DNA of 64,000 nucleotides from Pyrinomonadaceae bacterium (GTDB lineage Bacteria; Acidobacteriota; Blastocatellia; Pyrinomonadales; Pyrinomonadaceae): the NCBI GenBank assembly GCA_036400075.1, contig DASWLV010000225.1, forward strand, positions 500-64,499, read 5' to 3'. The translations under genes and the position numbers were made by a program. The first letter of the stretch is position 1, and the number at the start of each line of letters is the position of its first letter. Shown one piece after another: positions 27,509 through 35,997 of the stretch. The notes beneath the pieces were generated by a model, which had not been told where the DNA came from, searched no databases, and saw nothing but the letters and a program-made list of their open reading frames with translations.

Positions 27509-28933
27509 TTAAACAAACATCTTGCCCGGATTCAAAATACCATTCGGGTCAAGCGCATTTTTGATTGCTTTCATCACTTCGAGCGTCGGGCGGTCAACGG
27601 CAATATCCAGATACGGCGCTTTGACATAGCCGATGCCGTGTTCGCCGGAAATCGAACCGCCGAGCTTGACGGATAATTCAAAAGTTTCTTTGACACAGAG
27701 ACGCGCACGGCGAACTGCGTCTGCGTCGTTTCGGTCAACAACGAAATTGACGTGAATATTGCCGTCGCCCGCGTGTCCGAAATTGGCGACAAATGTGTCG
27801 TGACGTTTCCCGATTTCTTCAATTTCCGCCACCAGCTCCGGCACTTTCGAGCGCGGGACGACGACATCTTCGTTGATTTTCAGATTGCCGTATTTCATCA
27901 GGCTCGGCGAAATTGCGCGGCGCACGTCCCACAAACGGTCTTCCTCTTCTTTCGATTTGGCTCGCAGAACATCAAAACCGCCGTTTGAATTTAAAATCCG
28001 CTCGATTATTGCTGCATCTTTTTCAACCTGTTCGCGCGAGCCGTCAACGGCGACGAGCAGAATTGCACCTGCGTCGGGCGATAAACCGAAAGCAAAATTT
28101 TGTTCGATTGCCGCGACGCAGTTGCGGTCAATGACTTCCATCGCCATCGGCAACAAACCTTCGGGCGTAAATTTCGTCAGCGTTTCGCAAGCCTCGCGCA
28201 TTGTCCGAAAGCTCGCGCGAACTGTGCTTGTACTTTCGGGCAGCGGCAAAAGTTTCAAAGTCGCTTCGGTAATAATTCCCAAAAGTCCTTCCGAACCGCA
28301 AATCAATCCTGTCAAATCAAAGCCAACGACGTTTTTTTGCGTTTTTCCGCCCGTTCTGATGACATCGCCGTTTGCCAGAACGACTTCCATACCGAGGACA
28401 TATTGCTTTGTAACACCATATTTCGGCGTTTTCATTCCGCCCGCGTTTTCGGCGATGTTGCCGCCGATGTACGATTCTTTGTAACTCGCCGGATCGGGCG
28501 GAAACATCAAACCGTATTTTTCGACCGATTGCTGCAAATTGTAAGTCGTGATCCCGGGTTGGCAAACTGCGTACAAATCATCAACGTTAATTTCCAAAAT
28601 TTGATTCATCCGGTCTGTGCCGACGACGATTCCGCCATCAACCGGAACCGCGCCGCCTGTGTAACCGACTCCGCCGCCGCGCGCTGTGACGGGAAATCGA
28701 ATTTCATTGGCGAGACGCAAAACGGTGGACATTTCCGCAGTCGTGGCGGGAAAAACTACTGCTTCGGGAGGAAATTTTTCTTTGACGGCGTCCGCGCCGT
28801 AAGGCTCGACTTTTTCCGGGTCAACCAAAACATTTTCCGCGCCGACAATCTCGCGCAGACGATTTCTGATTGTTTCATCCGAAGCCGCCGTTACAGCACG
28901 TTTTCTGGGTTCAAAGTGAATCGAAGTGTACAT
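27509..28933 (-). CDS. FAD-linked oxidase (glycolate oxidase GlcD-like)
   Basis: It has an FAD-binding PCMH-type N-domain (VFPATTAEMSTVLRLA...ARGGGVGYTGGAVP) and the C-terminal GGSISGEHGIG...LDPNGILNPGK. The start was taken at ATG 28933 to avoid overlap with the upstream gene. Confidence 0.85.
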   Translation of the reverse strand: MYTSIHFEPRKRAVTAASDETIRNRLREIVGAENVLVDPEKVEPYGADAVKEKFPPEAVVFPATTAEMSTVLRLANEIRFPVTARGGGVGYTGGAVPVDGGIVVGTDRMNQILEINVDDLYAVCQPGITTYNLQQSVEKYGLMFPPDPASYKESYIGGNIAENAGGMKTPKYGVTKQYVLGMEVVLANGDVIRTGGKTQKNVVGFDLTGLICGSEGLLGIITEATLKLLPLPESTSTVRASFRTMREACETLTKFTPEGLLPMAMEVIDRNCVAAIEQNFAFGLSPDAGAILLVAVDGSREQVEKDAAIIERILNSNGGFDVLRAKSKEEEDRLWDVRRAISPSLMKYGNLKINEDVVVPRSKVPELVAEIEEIGKRHDTFVANFGHAGDGNIHVNFVVDRNDADAVRRARLCVKETFELSVKLGGSISGEHGIGYVKAPYLDIAVDRPTLEVMKAIKNALDPNGILNPGKMFV

Positions 28934-28940
28934 AAAAACT

Positions 28941-29699
28941 TTATTTCGGTTTAGCGATTTCCTGAATTTCTTTGATCGAAATTCGGCGATAATCCGATGG
29001 AACTGTGAAAACTCCGGCATCCGGCTCTGATTTAAAATCTCTTATTTCAGTAACGGATCTTGCGCCACTCCGTTTTTGATCAACAATCGCCGCAATTTCC
29101 GTTCTGACCGGCAAACCCAGATTTTCATCAATCCAGACGGCGTTTTCGGTTCTCGCGTTTTCGCTCCCGCGAGCGGTGCCGAAATCAACCAGATATTTTG
29201 TGAGCTGTTTGCCGTTAATCGTTTCTGCGCCGATTTTTTGAAATTTCGCATCCGGCGGTTTGGCGTAAAGCAGATGCGCGAGCGAATATTCTTCGGGCGC
29301 TGCGGCTGTGAACAAATTTTCGCTTGCCGCTTCGGAAATTTCGGCGTAAATTTTGCGTTGCGGCAAGAGCAGAAAGCGTTTTCCGTCGGCGGTTTCGAGA
29401 CGCGAAATTTGGCGTTTGTCGCCGATTTCAAAATCAAGCCGGCGATTCAAACCGTCGCGGGCGACGAATGTGGTTTGTTCGACCGTTTCGGCGTCCGATT
29501 CGTCCCATTTAAACGCAAACACGATTTTGGCTTGATATTTTTCGGGTTCTTTCGATTGAAACGGCTGCCGGTAACTTTCATTTTCATTTGCCTCATCGGT
29601 CGAATTAATTTGAGCCGTTGATTCGGGCTGCGAACCGCCAAATCCGCAGGCAGCGGTGAAAATCGAAGCCAAAATAAGAAAACCGGCGAGCCGATGCAT
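28941..29699 (-). CDS. Hypothetical lipoprotein
   Basis: MHRLAGFLILASIFTAAC GFGG is a lipobox-like signal. I recognise no family. Confidence 0.5.
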   Translation of the reverse strand: MHRLAGFLILASIFTAACGFGGSQPESTAQINSTDEANENESYRQPFQSKEPEKYQAKIVFAFKWDESDAETVEQTTFVARDGLNRRLDFEIGDKRQISRLETADGKRFLLLPQRKIYAEISEAASENLFTAAAPEEYSLAHLLYAKPPDAKFQKIGAETINGKQLTKYLVDFGTARGSENARTENAVWIDENLGLPVRTEIAAIVDQKRSGARSVTEIRDFKSEPDAGVFTVPSDYRRISIKEIQEIAKPK

Positions 29700-29707
29700 T
29701 ATAAAAA

Positions 29708-31246
29708 ATGTTAGCACAGAACGAAAATTTGTCAGAAGAAGCTCGCCGTTTGCGGGCGATTTTCGACGCTGCGAGCGAATGGCTGTTGTCCGGCGAGACC
29801 GATTTCGCTCTGCAATCCGACGAAATTGAAATCGCAGCGCAAAACGACCGGCTCGTTTTGTCCTGTCTGACGGCGCAAGGCTGGAAGGCGCTGCGCGTGG
29901 AAAATTGGGAAAACAAAAACGGCAAAATAGTTTTTTCTCTCGCCGGAAAATTCAATTCGGGAAAAACAAAATTTACGTTCACGCCGCGTGTTTCGGCTGC
30001 CGAATTAACCGAAGACGTTCGCGCGGCGCGCGTTTTACAAGCGCGCCAAATTGCTGAAATTGCTCGCAAAGAATTTTCCGCGCACGCCAAAATCGAGCGC
30101 GTCGGTTTCAGTGCCGCTAACCGGCGCGGTCGCTTCGGAAGTTTTGCCAGAATTTTGCTTGTTAATCCAAAAGGCAAAACGATTGCTGTTTGCAGCTCGG
30201 TCTTAGAAAAAATAAACATTGAAAAATTGCTCGCGCATTCGATTTTGTGGCTTCGGAAACTCGAAGAACGGCGAAAAATTACAGAACTTTGGCTTCTCAC
30301 TGAAGAAAACGCAGCGGAAGATTTAACCAGGCTTTGCGCACTTTTACGATACGGCTGGCGACAGAAAATAAGAGTTTTTGCCCGCGTTTCACAAAACGAG
30401 GTTTCACCTGAAAACGCAAAAGCGCAAAACGAAGAAGAAATTTTACAGCCAATCGAATCTTTGTCGTTTTCAGATTTGTGGCGGGAAAAACCTAAAAAAC
30501 CGAAGCGCCCGGCAATTTCCGATTTGAGCGAAACGGCGCAGAAAATCGTCGAGCTTGCGCCCGACGCGATTGACGCTGTGCGCTCGCGCGGTGGCGAGAC
30601 TTTGAGATTTTACGGTTTGCCTTTTTTACGAATCAGAAAAATTTTTGGCGAAGAAACGGTTTGGTTTGGAATTGAAGGCAAACGAAAACGAATTTTGGAC
30701 GAAGCGAGTTTGCCGGATTTTGAAAAGCTGCTCGGAGATTTGCACGAACATCGGCGCGCCGATGTTCGTGACCGAAAGAATTTTCTGCACCGCGCGTCGC
30801 AGGAAAGCTGGCTCGAAGCGATTTTAAGACGCGATGTTTCCCGCCTCGATCCGAATTTGCTGCTCGCTCCGCTGCACGCTCAGTTTCGTCTTTCAAACAG
30901 AAAAGGCGCGCTTGATTTGCTCGCTTTGCGAACCGACGGGAGATTGGTTGTGATTGAACTGAAAACAGCGCCCGACCGCGAAATGATTTTTCAAGCCGCA
31001 AATTATTGGCGGCAAATCGAATTGCAGCGCCGCTGCGGGAATTTGCAGAAAGTCGGGTTGTTTGGCGATTTGAAAATTTCCGACGAGCCAGCGCTGATTT
31101 ATCTGGTTGCGCCGCTGATGAGCTTTCACCACGAGTTTGAAGTTTTGGCTGGCGCGGTTTCTTCGGAAATTGAAATTTGGCGGTTCGATTTAAACGAAGA
31201 CTGGCGAAACGGCATTCGGGTCGCGCGCAGAGAGCGGGTTAATTAA
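29708..31246 (+). CDS. Hypothetical 512-aa protein with a C-terminal NucS/DUF91-like PD-(D/E)XK nuclease motif
   Basis: ESWLEAIL...GALDLLALRTDGRLVVIELKTAPDREMIFQAANYWRQI matches the D..(x)n..ElK..Q..Y pattern of NucS-type nuclease folds. Its last 6 codons lie in a direct repeat (see findings). Confidence 0.5.
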   Translation: MLAQNENLSEEARRLRAIFDAASEWLLSGETDFALQSDEIEIAAQNDRLVLSCLTAQGWKALRVENWENKNGKIVFSLAGKFNSGKTKFTFTPRVSAAELTEDVRAARVLQARQIAEIARKEFSAHAKIERVGFSAANRRGRFGSFARILLVNPKGKTIAVCSSVLEKINIEKLLAHSILWLRKLEERRKITELWLLTEENAAEDLTRLCALLRYGWRQKIRVFARVSQNEVSPENAKAQNEEEILQPIESLSFSDLWREKPKKPKRPAISDLSETAQKIVELAPDAIDAVRSRGGETLRFYGLPFLRIRKIFGEETVWFGIEGKRKRILDEASLPDFEKLLGDLHEHRRADVRDRKNFLHRASQESWLEAILRRDVSRLDPNLLLAPLHAQFRLSNRKGALDLLALRTDGRLVVIELKTAPDREMIFQAANYWRQIELQRRCGNLQKVGLFGDLKISDEPALIYLVAPLMSFHHEFEVLAGAVSSEIEIWRFDLNEDWRNGIRVARRERVN

Positions 31247-31336
31247 CGGCTGAGATGACGTGTGGCAAAACACCGCGTAAGCCAGCAAACGAAACAACGT
31301 CCGTGTTTTGCCCTCACGTCCATTGAATTGTTAGGT
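31241..31336 (-). repeat. attC-like imperfect palindrome A (96 bp), 10 nt after the stop of the DUF1772-like ORF
   Basis: The minus strand reads ACCTAAC-AATTC-ATG(G)ACGTG-AG-GGCAAAACAC ... GTGTTTTGCC-A-CACGTCAT ... GTTAATT. That gives 6+10 bp arms with bulged bases, an RYYYAAC-like start and a GTTRRRY-like end. Confidence 0.4.
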
Positions 31337-31346
31337 TGCGTGCTGA

Positions 31347-31838
31347 TTAGCGCGGCTCTCCTGACGAAGATAGACTTATCGCACGTATCGCGGCAATCCA
31401 TCCGCCAATCATTAATACATACCGCCCGTAATTCCAATTCACGAATTGATTCGTTAGTCTGGTAATTTCCTCGCCACTCAAGCCTGCTCCCCGTGTAGCC
31501 TGGGTTTTGCCCAAGATAGGGATGAAAAAAAAGATTGTCGTGAGCACCACGGCAATTCCGCATATTCCTGCCACCAAAGCCCATTTGCGCTGTTGTATCG
31601 GCATCCAAAATGACGCGATGATTAACGCTAACGAGAAAAGACCGTAGAGCGGACTGGCTATGCTGAAGAACTTTGCTTGAACAACGCCGTATTGCCACGC
31701 GGTCACTGATTCAGGCGGTGAACCAGCCCAGAGCGGCGTAAGAACAACATGCTCAAAGATGCCGCCCCCGATTAAGATAGTCAAAGACAGCAAGTAGAGC
31801 CACAAAATAACTCGAATAGCTGCTGGTCGTTTCGTCAT
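31347..31838 (-). CDS. DUF1772-like (anthrone-oxygenase-like) 4-TM membrane protein
   Basis: It is a 163-aa polytopic protein. The family call is from memory of the general layout (low confidence). It is the only ORF inside the 711-bp bracketed insertion. Confidence 0.5.
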   Translation of the reverse strand: MTKRPAAIRVILWLYLLSLTILIGGGIFEHVVLTPLWAGSPPESVTAWQYGVVQAKFFSIASPLYGLFSLALIIASFWMPIQQRKWALVAGICGIAVVLTTIFFFIPILGKTQATRGAGLSGEEITRLTNQFVNWNYGRYVLMIGGWIAAIRAISLSSSGEPR

Positions 31839-31985
31839 CTGTTTGAATCTCCTGTAGTAGAAAAACAGTGGAACAATTTCACTCTACATCAAATCACAAA
31901 GGGCGATGTTTTACCGTTGCACATTTAGATTCCTTCATTAGAGAGCGGGTTAACGGCGGCATTGAAGCGGGCGGAAAAGGGCAAG

Positions 31986-32059
31986 AACAAGTCAAAAGAT
32001 AAAAAGTTACGTTTTAAGAAAGTCGCTGTTTCACCCTCACGTCCAATGACTTGTTGTGC
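31986..32059 (-). repeat. attC-like palindrome B (degenerate), 27 nt after the esterase stop
   Basis: It shares a 20/22 identical core with A: ccctcacgtccaWtgaMttgtt at 32034-32055 versus 31311-31332. It has 9-bp arms aacaagtca (31986-31994) and tgacttgtt (32047-32055), and GCACAAC on the minus strand at 32059-32053. Confidence 0.3.
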
Positions 32060-32086
32060 TGCGCCGTTGATTGAAATGAGCAGTAT

Positions 32087-32923
32087 TTACGGGGCGAGTT
32101 TTTGCGACATCAGCCATTTCAAAAATTCCGCGTCAGTATAAGCTCTGTCCAATATAAAATGTTTTTCTCCGGCGTATTCGGTGTATTTAACTGTGCCGCC
32201 CGCCGCTTTTAACGCCGCCTCCATTCTGCGCGATTCCTTAACATCAACATTCTCATCCTGTCCGCCGTGAAAAATCCAGACAGGCGTTTTACCGACTGCT
32301 TTGGCAAAGGCGGCATATGGGTCTGGCGCCGAGTAAAGCGCGAACATTTCAGCGGGCATAAATGATTTCAACGCGCCGAGCGGCACGCTGCTCGGCGGAA
32401 CAACGCCGCCTGCTATCGGAACCACTGCCGCAAACTTTTTCGGATATTTTGCCGCCAGATACCAACTGCCGTAACCCCCTAACGAAAATCCCGTCAAATA
32501 AATTCTGTTTACGTCGCCGTTAAATTCCGTCATCGTTTGGTCGAGTGCTTTGATAGCCTGCTCTGCCGCATCGCCAATCCAATAGTTTTGCGTTTGCGGA
32601 AAAACGGCAATAAAAGAACGGTAACGCTCCGGGTATTTCGCACCAAAAAGTTGAATGACACTACCCAATTGAGGTCCACCTATTTGCTTCTCGTTGTCAT
32701 TACCTGTTTCACCGGAACCGTGAAGATAAAGAATGACCGGATATTTTTTGGCGGGGTCGTAACCCGCCGGAATATAAACACGAAAATTCATCGTGCTTGA
32801 ACCGAGCGTCACGCTGCGCTTGAGAAAGCCTGTTTCGCGCACAGGAGTCGAAGAGGGTGTTTGTGCGTAACCGGCAAGAGCGCAAAGTATGAATAAAAAC
32901 AAAGTTACAAAAGATTTTCTCAA
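32087..32923 (-). CDS. Secreted alpha/beta hydrolase (carboxylesterase / PHB-depolymerase-like esterase)
   Basis: It has a signal peptide, VILYLHGSGETG, the nucleophile elbow GFSLGG, and WIFHGGQDENV. It uses a TTG start with AAGGAGA upstream. Confidence 0.8.
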   Translation of the reverse strand: MRKSFVTLFLFILCALAGYAQTPSSTPVRETGFLKRSVTLGSSTMNFRVYIPAGYDPAKKYPVILYLHGSGETGNDNEKQIGGPQLGSVIQLFGAKYPERYRSFIAVFPQTQNYWIGDAAEQAIKALDQTMTEFNGDVNRIYLTGFSLGGYGSWYLAAKYPKKFAAVVPIAGGVVPPSSVPLGALKSFMPAEMFALYSAPDPYAAFAKAVGKTPVWIFHGGQDENVDVKESRRMEAALKAAGGTVKYTEYAGEKHFILDRAYTDAEFLKWLMSQKLAP

Positions 32924-33065
32924 AATAATAAATATCTCCTTCTCGCTTACAGCGAAGCAGCATAACTACTTATTAACACTAACGCCAATGACAATATGGT
33001 ACATTCTGCATATTATCAACGCATTATTTATACGTAACCAATTTGAAATTAACCGTAGGGAAAAT

Positions 33066-33108
33066 AAAAGTGCAGCCATTTTAAATAATTCAAAATGGCT
33101 GCACTTTT
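33066..33108. terminator. 17-bp hairpin terminator after the ppiD-like gene
   Basis: aaaagtgcagccatttt (33066-33082) pairs with aaaatggctgcactttt (33092-33108). Confidence 0.7.
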
Positions 33109-33132
33109 ATTGCTTAATTGGTAAAAATCCGT

Positions 33133-35121
33133 TTAGCTTCCGGTTTCGACCGGAGCTTCGGCGGCGTTGCTTTCTTCGAGCTTCGCCATCGCTTCTTTGT
33201 AGATTTTAATGCGTCCCTGTTCTTCAAAACGGCGGCGTAAATCTGCCAGATAATCGCTGAAAAACTGCATTTTCTTTTCATCTACTGCGGTTTTCATCAG
33301 ATCGTCGCGCTGTTTGGCAAACTCGTCCATATTCGGGTCAGTTCGTTTGACTAAACCGATGAAATAATAATTGTCTCCGATTGAAATCGGACCTTTCGTC
33401 ACTTCTCCGGGTTTCAGATTATAAACCTGTTCGTCAATTTGATTGGAAGCAGCCGCGCTGGTGCCTTCGCCGAGCGGCGAGCCGAGCTTGAAATCTTTAG
33501 CTTCCAGGGCTTTCAAACCAGCTTTTTCGGCGGCGGCTTTCAAAGCATCTGGGGTATTTACGTTTTCGCCAATACTTTGGACGACTGAAGCCATTTGCCC
33601 TTTTGAGTTTTCCACTTTGTAAGCGGCGAGAACCTGATCGCGGACTTCCGATAATTCGGCGTCGCGCGGGTCGCTTTTTTCGACGAGCATCGGAACGGCG
33701 AAACCGTCTTTGACTTGCGTGCGCTCGCCGACTTGCCCAACAGATTCGAGCGGCGCGATGCCTTCTTCAAACTGCGGCGAAACGCCGATGTTCGGCACGT
33801 CGTCGCCGGGTTTGACCAAACCGGTTTCGCGCACCATTTCGTCGGGTTTCATATTGGCGCGAGCCGCGAATTCATCGGCTACTTTTCGCACGTCTTTGTA
33901 TTCTTTCAACTTATCAACCGCTTCCTGCGCCAAATCCCCGGCGGCGCGATAAGCGCGGCGGTTGCGCAAAGAGACGAGAATCTCTTGTTTCGCGTCTTCA
34001 AACGATTTCGGCACGGCTTCGCCGCGTCGCAAGATGTAATAAGCGTTGCCGTGTTTGATCGGATCGGTAATTTGACCGGGTATCATTTTCAAAACTTGCT
34101 GATACGGATCGTCCGGTTTCGCTTGATTCTCGCGGATGATGCCGTTGACTTTTCCGCCGTTCGGCGCGGTCGCCGGGTCTTCGGATTTATTGCGGGCGAG
34201 CGCGGCGAAATCCGGCTCGTTGACAATGGTGCCGTTTTTGCGGGCTTCGGTGACGATCTCATTGGCTTTTGCCAAAATATCCGCGTCTTGATTCGCGTTC
34301 GGAATTTTCAAAACGATCTGCTGTGCTTCGACGCCTTTTTGCTTTTTCTCGGCGGGAATCTGGTCATATTCAGCGCGCAATTCGGCTTCGGGAATTTCCA
34401 GTTTTTCGCCGACTTTAGCTTGATTGATGAAAAGATAGCGAATCTTTTTCTGTGGCGAAGAAATGTAATAACGCGATTTGTTTTTCTCGAAATATTGTTT
34501 CAGCTCATCGTCCGACGGGTTGATTTTTTCGGCTACCGACACCGACGTGACCGGAACATAAACCAAATCAAACGATGTGTTCGAGCGGCGAAACTGATCT
34601 AAAACCTCTTCGTCGGAAACCGAAACGCCGGAAGTTAAAAAAGCGTTCAACTTTTCACTGGCGATTTGATCGCGGATTTGCTGCTCAAAAGCCGAGACGC
34701 TGCCGTACATTTCGGTGACGCTGCGCTTATAAGTTTCAATGTCGTTGACATTTATATCGGCGGCTTTGAGCTGCTTCCGAATTTCGACCCGGACTTCTTC
34801 GTCGGTCGCCGCTAAGTTTAAACGTGCCGCTTCCTGCCGAATCAGGCGAGAGCTGATTTCGCCGTCAACCACCGATTTCAGCGGCGGCGTGTAATTTGCC
34901 ATCGAATAACGGCGTTTCAGATTTTCCTGAACAATCGCCACTTCGCCGACCGTAATTGTTTCGCTGCCGACGGTGGCAAGCGATTCCTGACTGCGTGCGA
35001 GAACTTGTTGAGTTTCCGAACGCGGTGCGTAAAAGAAAATTAAGCTGACCGCCATCAAAACGACGAACGTCAGCAAAACGAAATTGCGCGTTTTTTCCAA
35101 ACGAGAAAGTTGCTTTAACAT
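33133..35121 (-). CDS. ppiD: Membrane-anchored periplasmic chaperone / peptidyl-prolyl isomerase (PpiD/SurA-like)
   Basis: It has an N-terminal TM anchor, SurA-N-like segments and a parvulin-like region (AQQIVLKIPN...FAALARNKSEDPATAPNGG). Confidence 0.75.
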   Translation of the reverse strand: MLKQLSRLEKTRNFVLLTFVVLMAVSLIFFYAPRSETQQVLARSQESLATVGSETITVGEVAIVQENLKRRYSMANYTPPLKSVVDGEISSRLIRQEAARLNLAATDEEVRVEIRKQLKAADINVNDIETYKRSVTEMYGSVSAFEQQIRDQIASEKLNAFLTSGVSVSDEEVLDQFRRSNTSFDLVYVPVTSVSVAEKINPSDDELKQYFEKNKSRYYISSPQKKIRYLFINQAKVGEKLEIPEAELRAEYDQIPAEKKQKGVEAQQIVLKIPNANQDADILAKANEIVTEARKNGTIVNEPDFAALARNKSEDPATAPNGGKVNGIIRENQAKPDDPYQQVLKMIPGQITDPIKHGNAYYILRRGEAVPKSFEDAKQEILVSLRNRRAYRAAGDLAQEAVDKLKEYKDVRKVADEFAARANMKPDEMVRETGLVKPGDDVPNIGVSPQFEEGIAPLESVGQVGERTQVKDGFAVPMLVEKSDPRDAELSEVRDQVLAAYKVENSKGQMASVVQSIGENVNTPDALKAAAEKAGLKALEAKDFKLGSPLGEGTSAAASNQIDEQVYNLKPGEVTKGPISIGDNYYFIGLVKRTDPNMDEFAKQRDDLMKTAVDEKKMQFFSDYLADLRRRFEEQGRIKIYKEAMAKLEESNAAEAPVETGS

Positions 35122-35322
35122 TTAATTGCTACTCGAAAAATTAAGATATGTGCCGGTTTAGGTCTTCGTCGCCGCAAAAGGCGCTGGAATTGTGACCTTC
35201 GGTTTCGGTTAATTGTAACTAATAGAAAAATAACCTGCAATTTGCCAGAGACGAAATTCCGGCGAATAAAAAAATGCAGCCGATTTAAATTCCAAAAAAT
35301 CTGCGGAAGGAGACAAATAAAA

Positions 35323-35997
35323 TTAGAAAATTTGATTGTGTCTTTCAAGCCAAGGTGCGGTTTCCGGTGCTATCTCTCCTGCGCGGGCGTTGTTTTCGAT
35401 TTCTGTTTTCAAACGCCGTAAATCTTTGGGCGTGTCAACATCGTACCAAAGCGGCAGAGTCGTCAAATGCAAATTCAATTGTCTGATGTTTCGCACGGTT
35501 TGCAAAAACGTTTCTGGCGAACTCCAACGGACGTTTTGAAAGATTTGTTGATTAGGTTGATTTAAACCGAGCAAATAAAAACCGCCGTCTTCGGTTTCTC
35601 CAATGACCGCATCTGTTAGTTTTTCCTGCAAAATCTTGATTGCGGCTTTGATATATTCCGGCGGCAAAGTCGGGCTGTCCGTCCCGATGACAACAAGCGG
35701 GGAGAAGTTTCGCTCGAAAGCAAATCGGAGCGCGTTGTGCATTCGCTCGCCCAAATCGGCGCCCGTTTGCCGAACCCAAATCAAATTACGGGGTAAAATT
35801 GTTTCGAGAATTTCTTTTTCGCCCGCAAAAGCCACGATTGTGTTTTCGCAAATGTTTCGCGCTTTTTTCACAGCGTCAATGGCAAAACAACCGGCTAAAT
35901 CAGCAGATTGTTCCGCCGATAAAAACGGCGCGAGTCTGGTTTTAACAGTTCCCGCCGTCGGAGCTTTGCACATTACAATTATTGCCGGATTCATCAA
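35323..35997 (-). CDS. DUF2064 / TIGR04282 family glycosyltransferase-like protein
   Basis: IIVMCKAPTAGTVKTRLAP...VVIGTDSPTL...DGGFYLLGL is present. Its ATG overlaps the upstream stop (ATGA). Confidence 0.75.
   Translation of the reverse strand: MMNPAIIVMCKAPTAGTVKTRLAPFLSAEQSADLAGCFAIDAVKKARNICENTIVAFAGEKEILETILPRNLIWVRQTGADLGERMHNALRFAFERNFSPLVVIGTDSPTLPPEYIKAAIKILQEKLTDAVIGETEDGGFYLLGLNQPNQQIFQNVRWSSPETFLQTVRNIRQLNLHLTTLPLWYDVDTPKDLRRLKTEIENNARAGEIAPETAPWLERHNQIF

Noticed and set aside
28100-28954. 284-aa plus-strand ORF inside the glcD-like gene
   Set aside because: It is antisense to a gene with clear FAD-oxidase motifs. Its translation is R/F/C-rich low-complexity sequence with no recognisable motif, which is typical of a shadow ORF.
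29605-30300. 231-aa minus-strand ORF overlapping the start of the 512-aa gene and the lipoprotein gene
   Set aside because: It overlaps two better-supported genes. Its composition is S/R/A-rich, and the lipoprotein signal peptide is in another frame.
33715-34602. 295-aa plus-strand ORF inside the ppiD-like gene
   Set aside because: It is a shadow ORF opposite a well-supported chaperone gene, with an R/F/G-rich composition and no start context.
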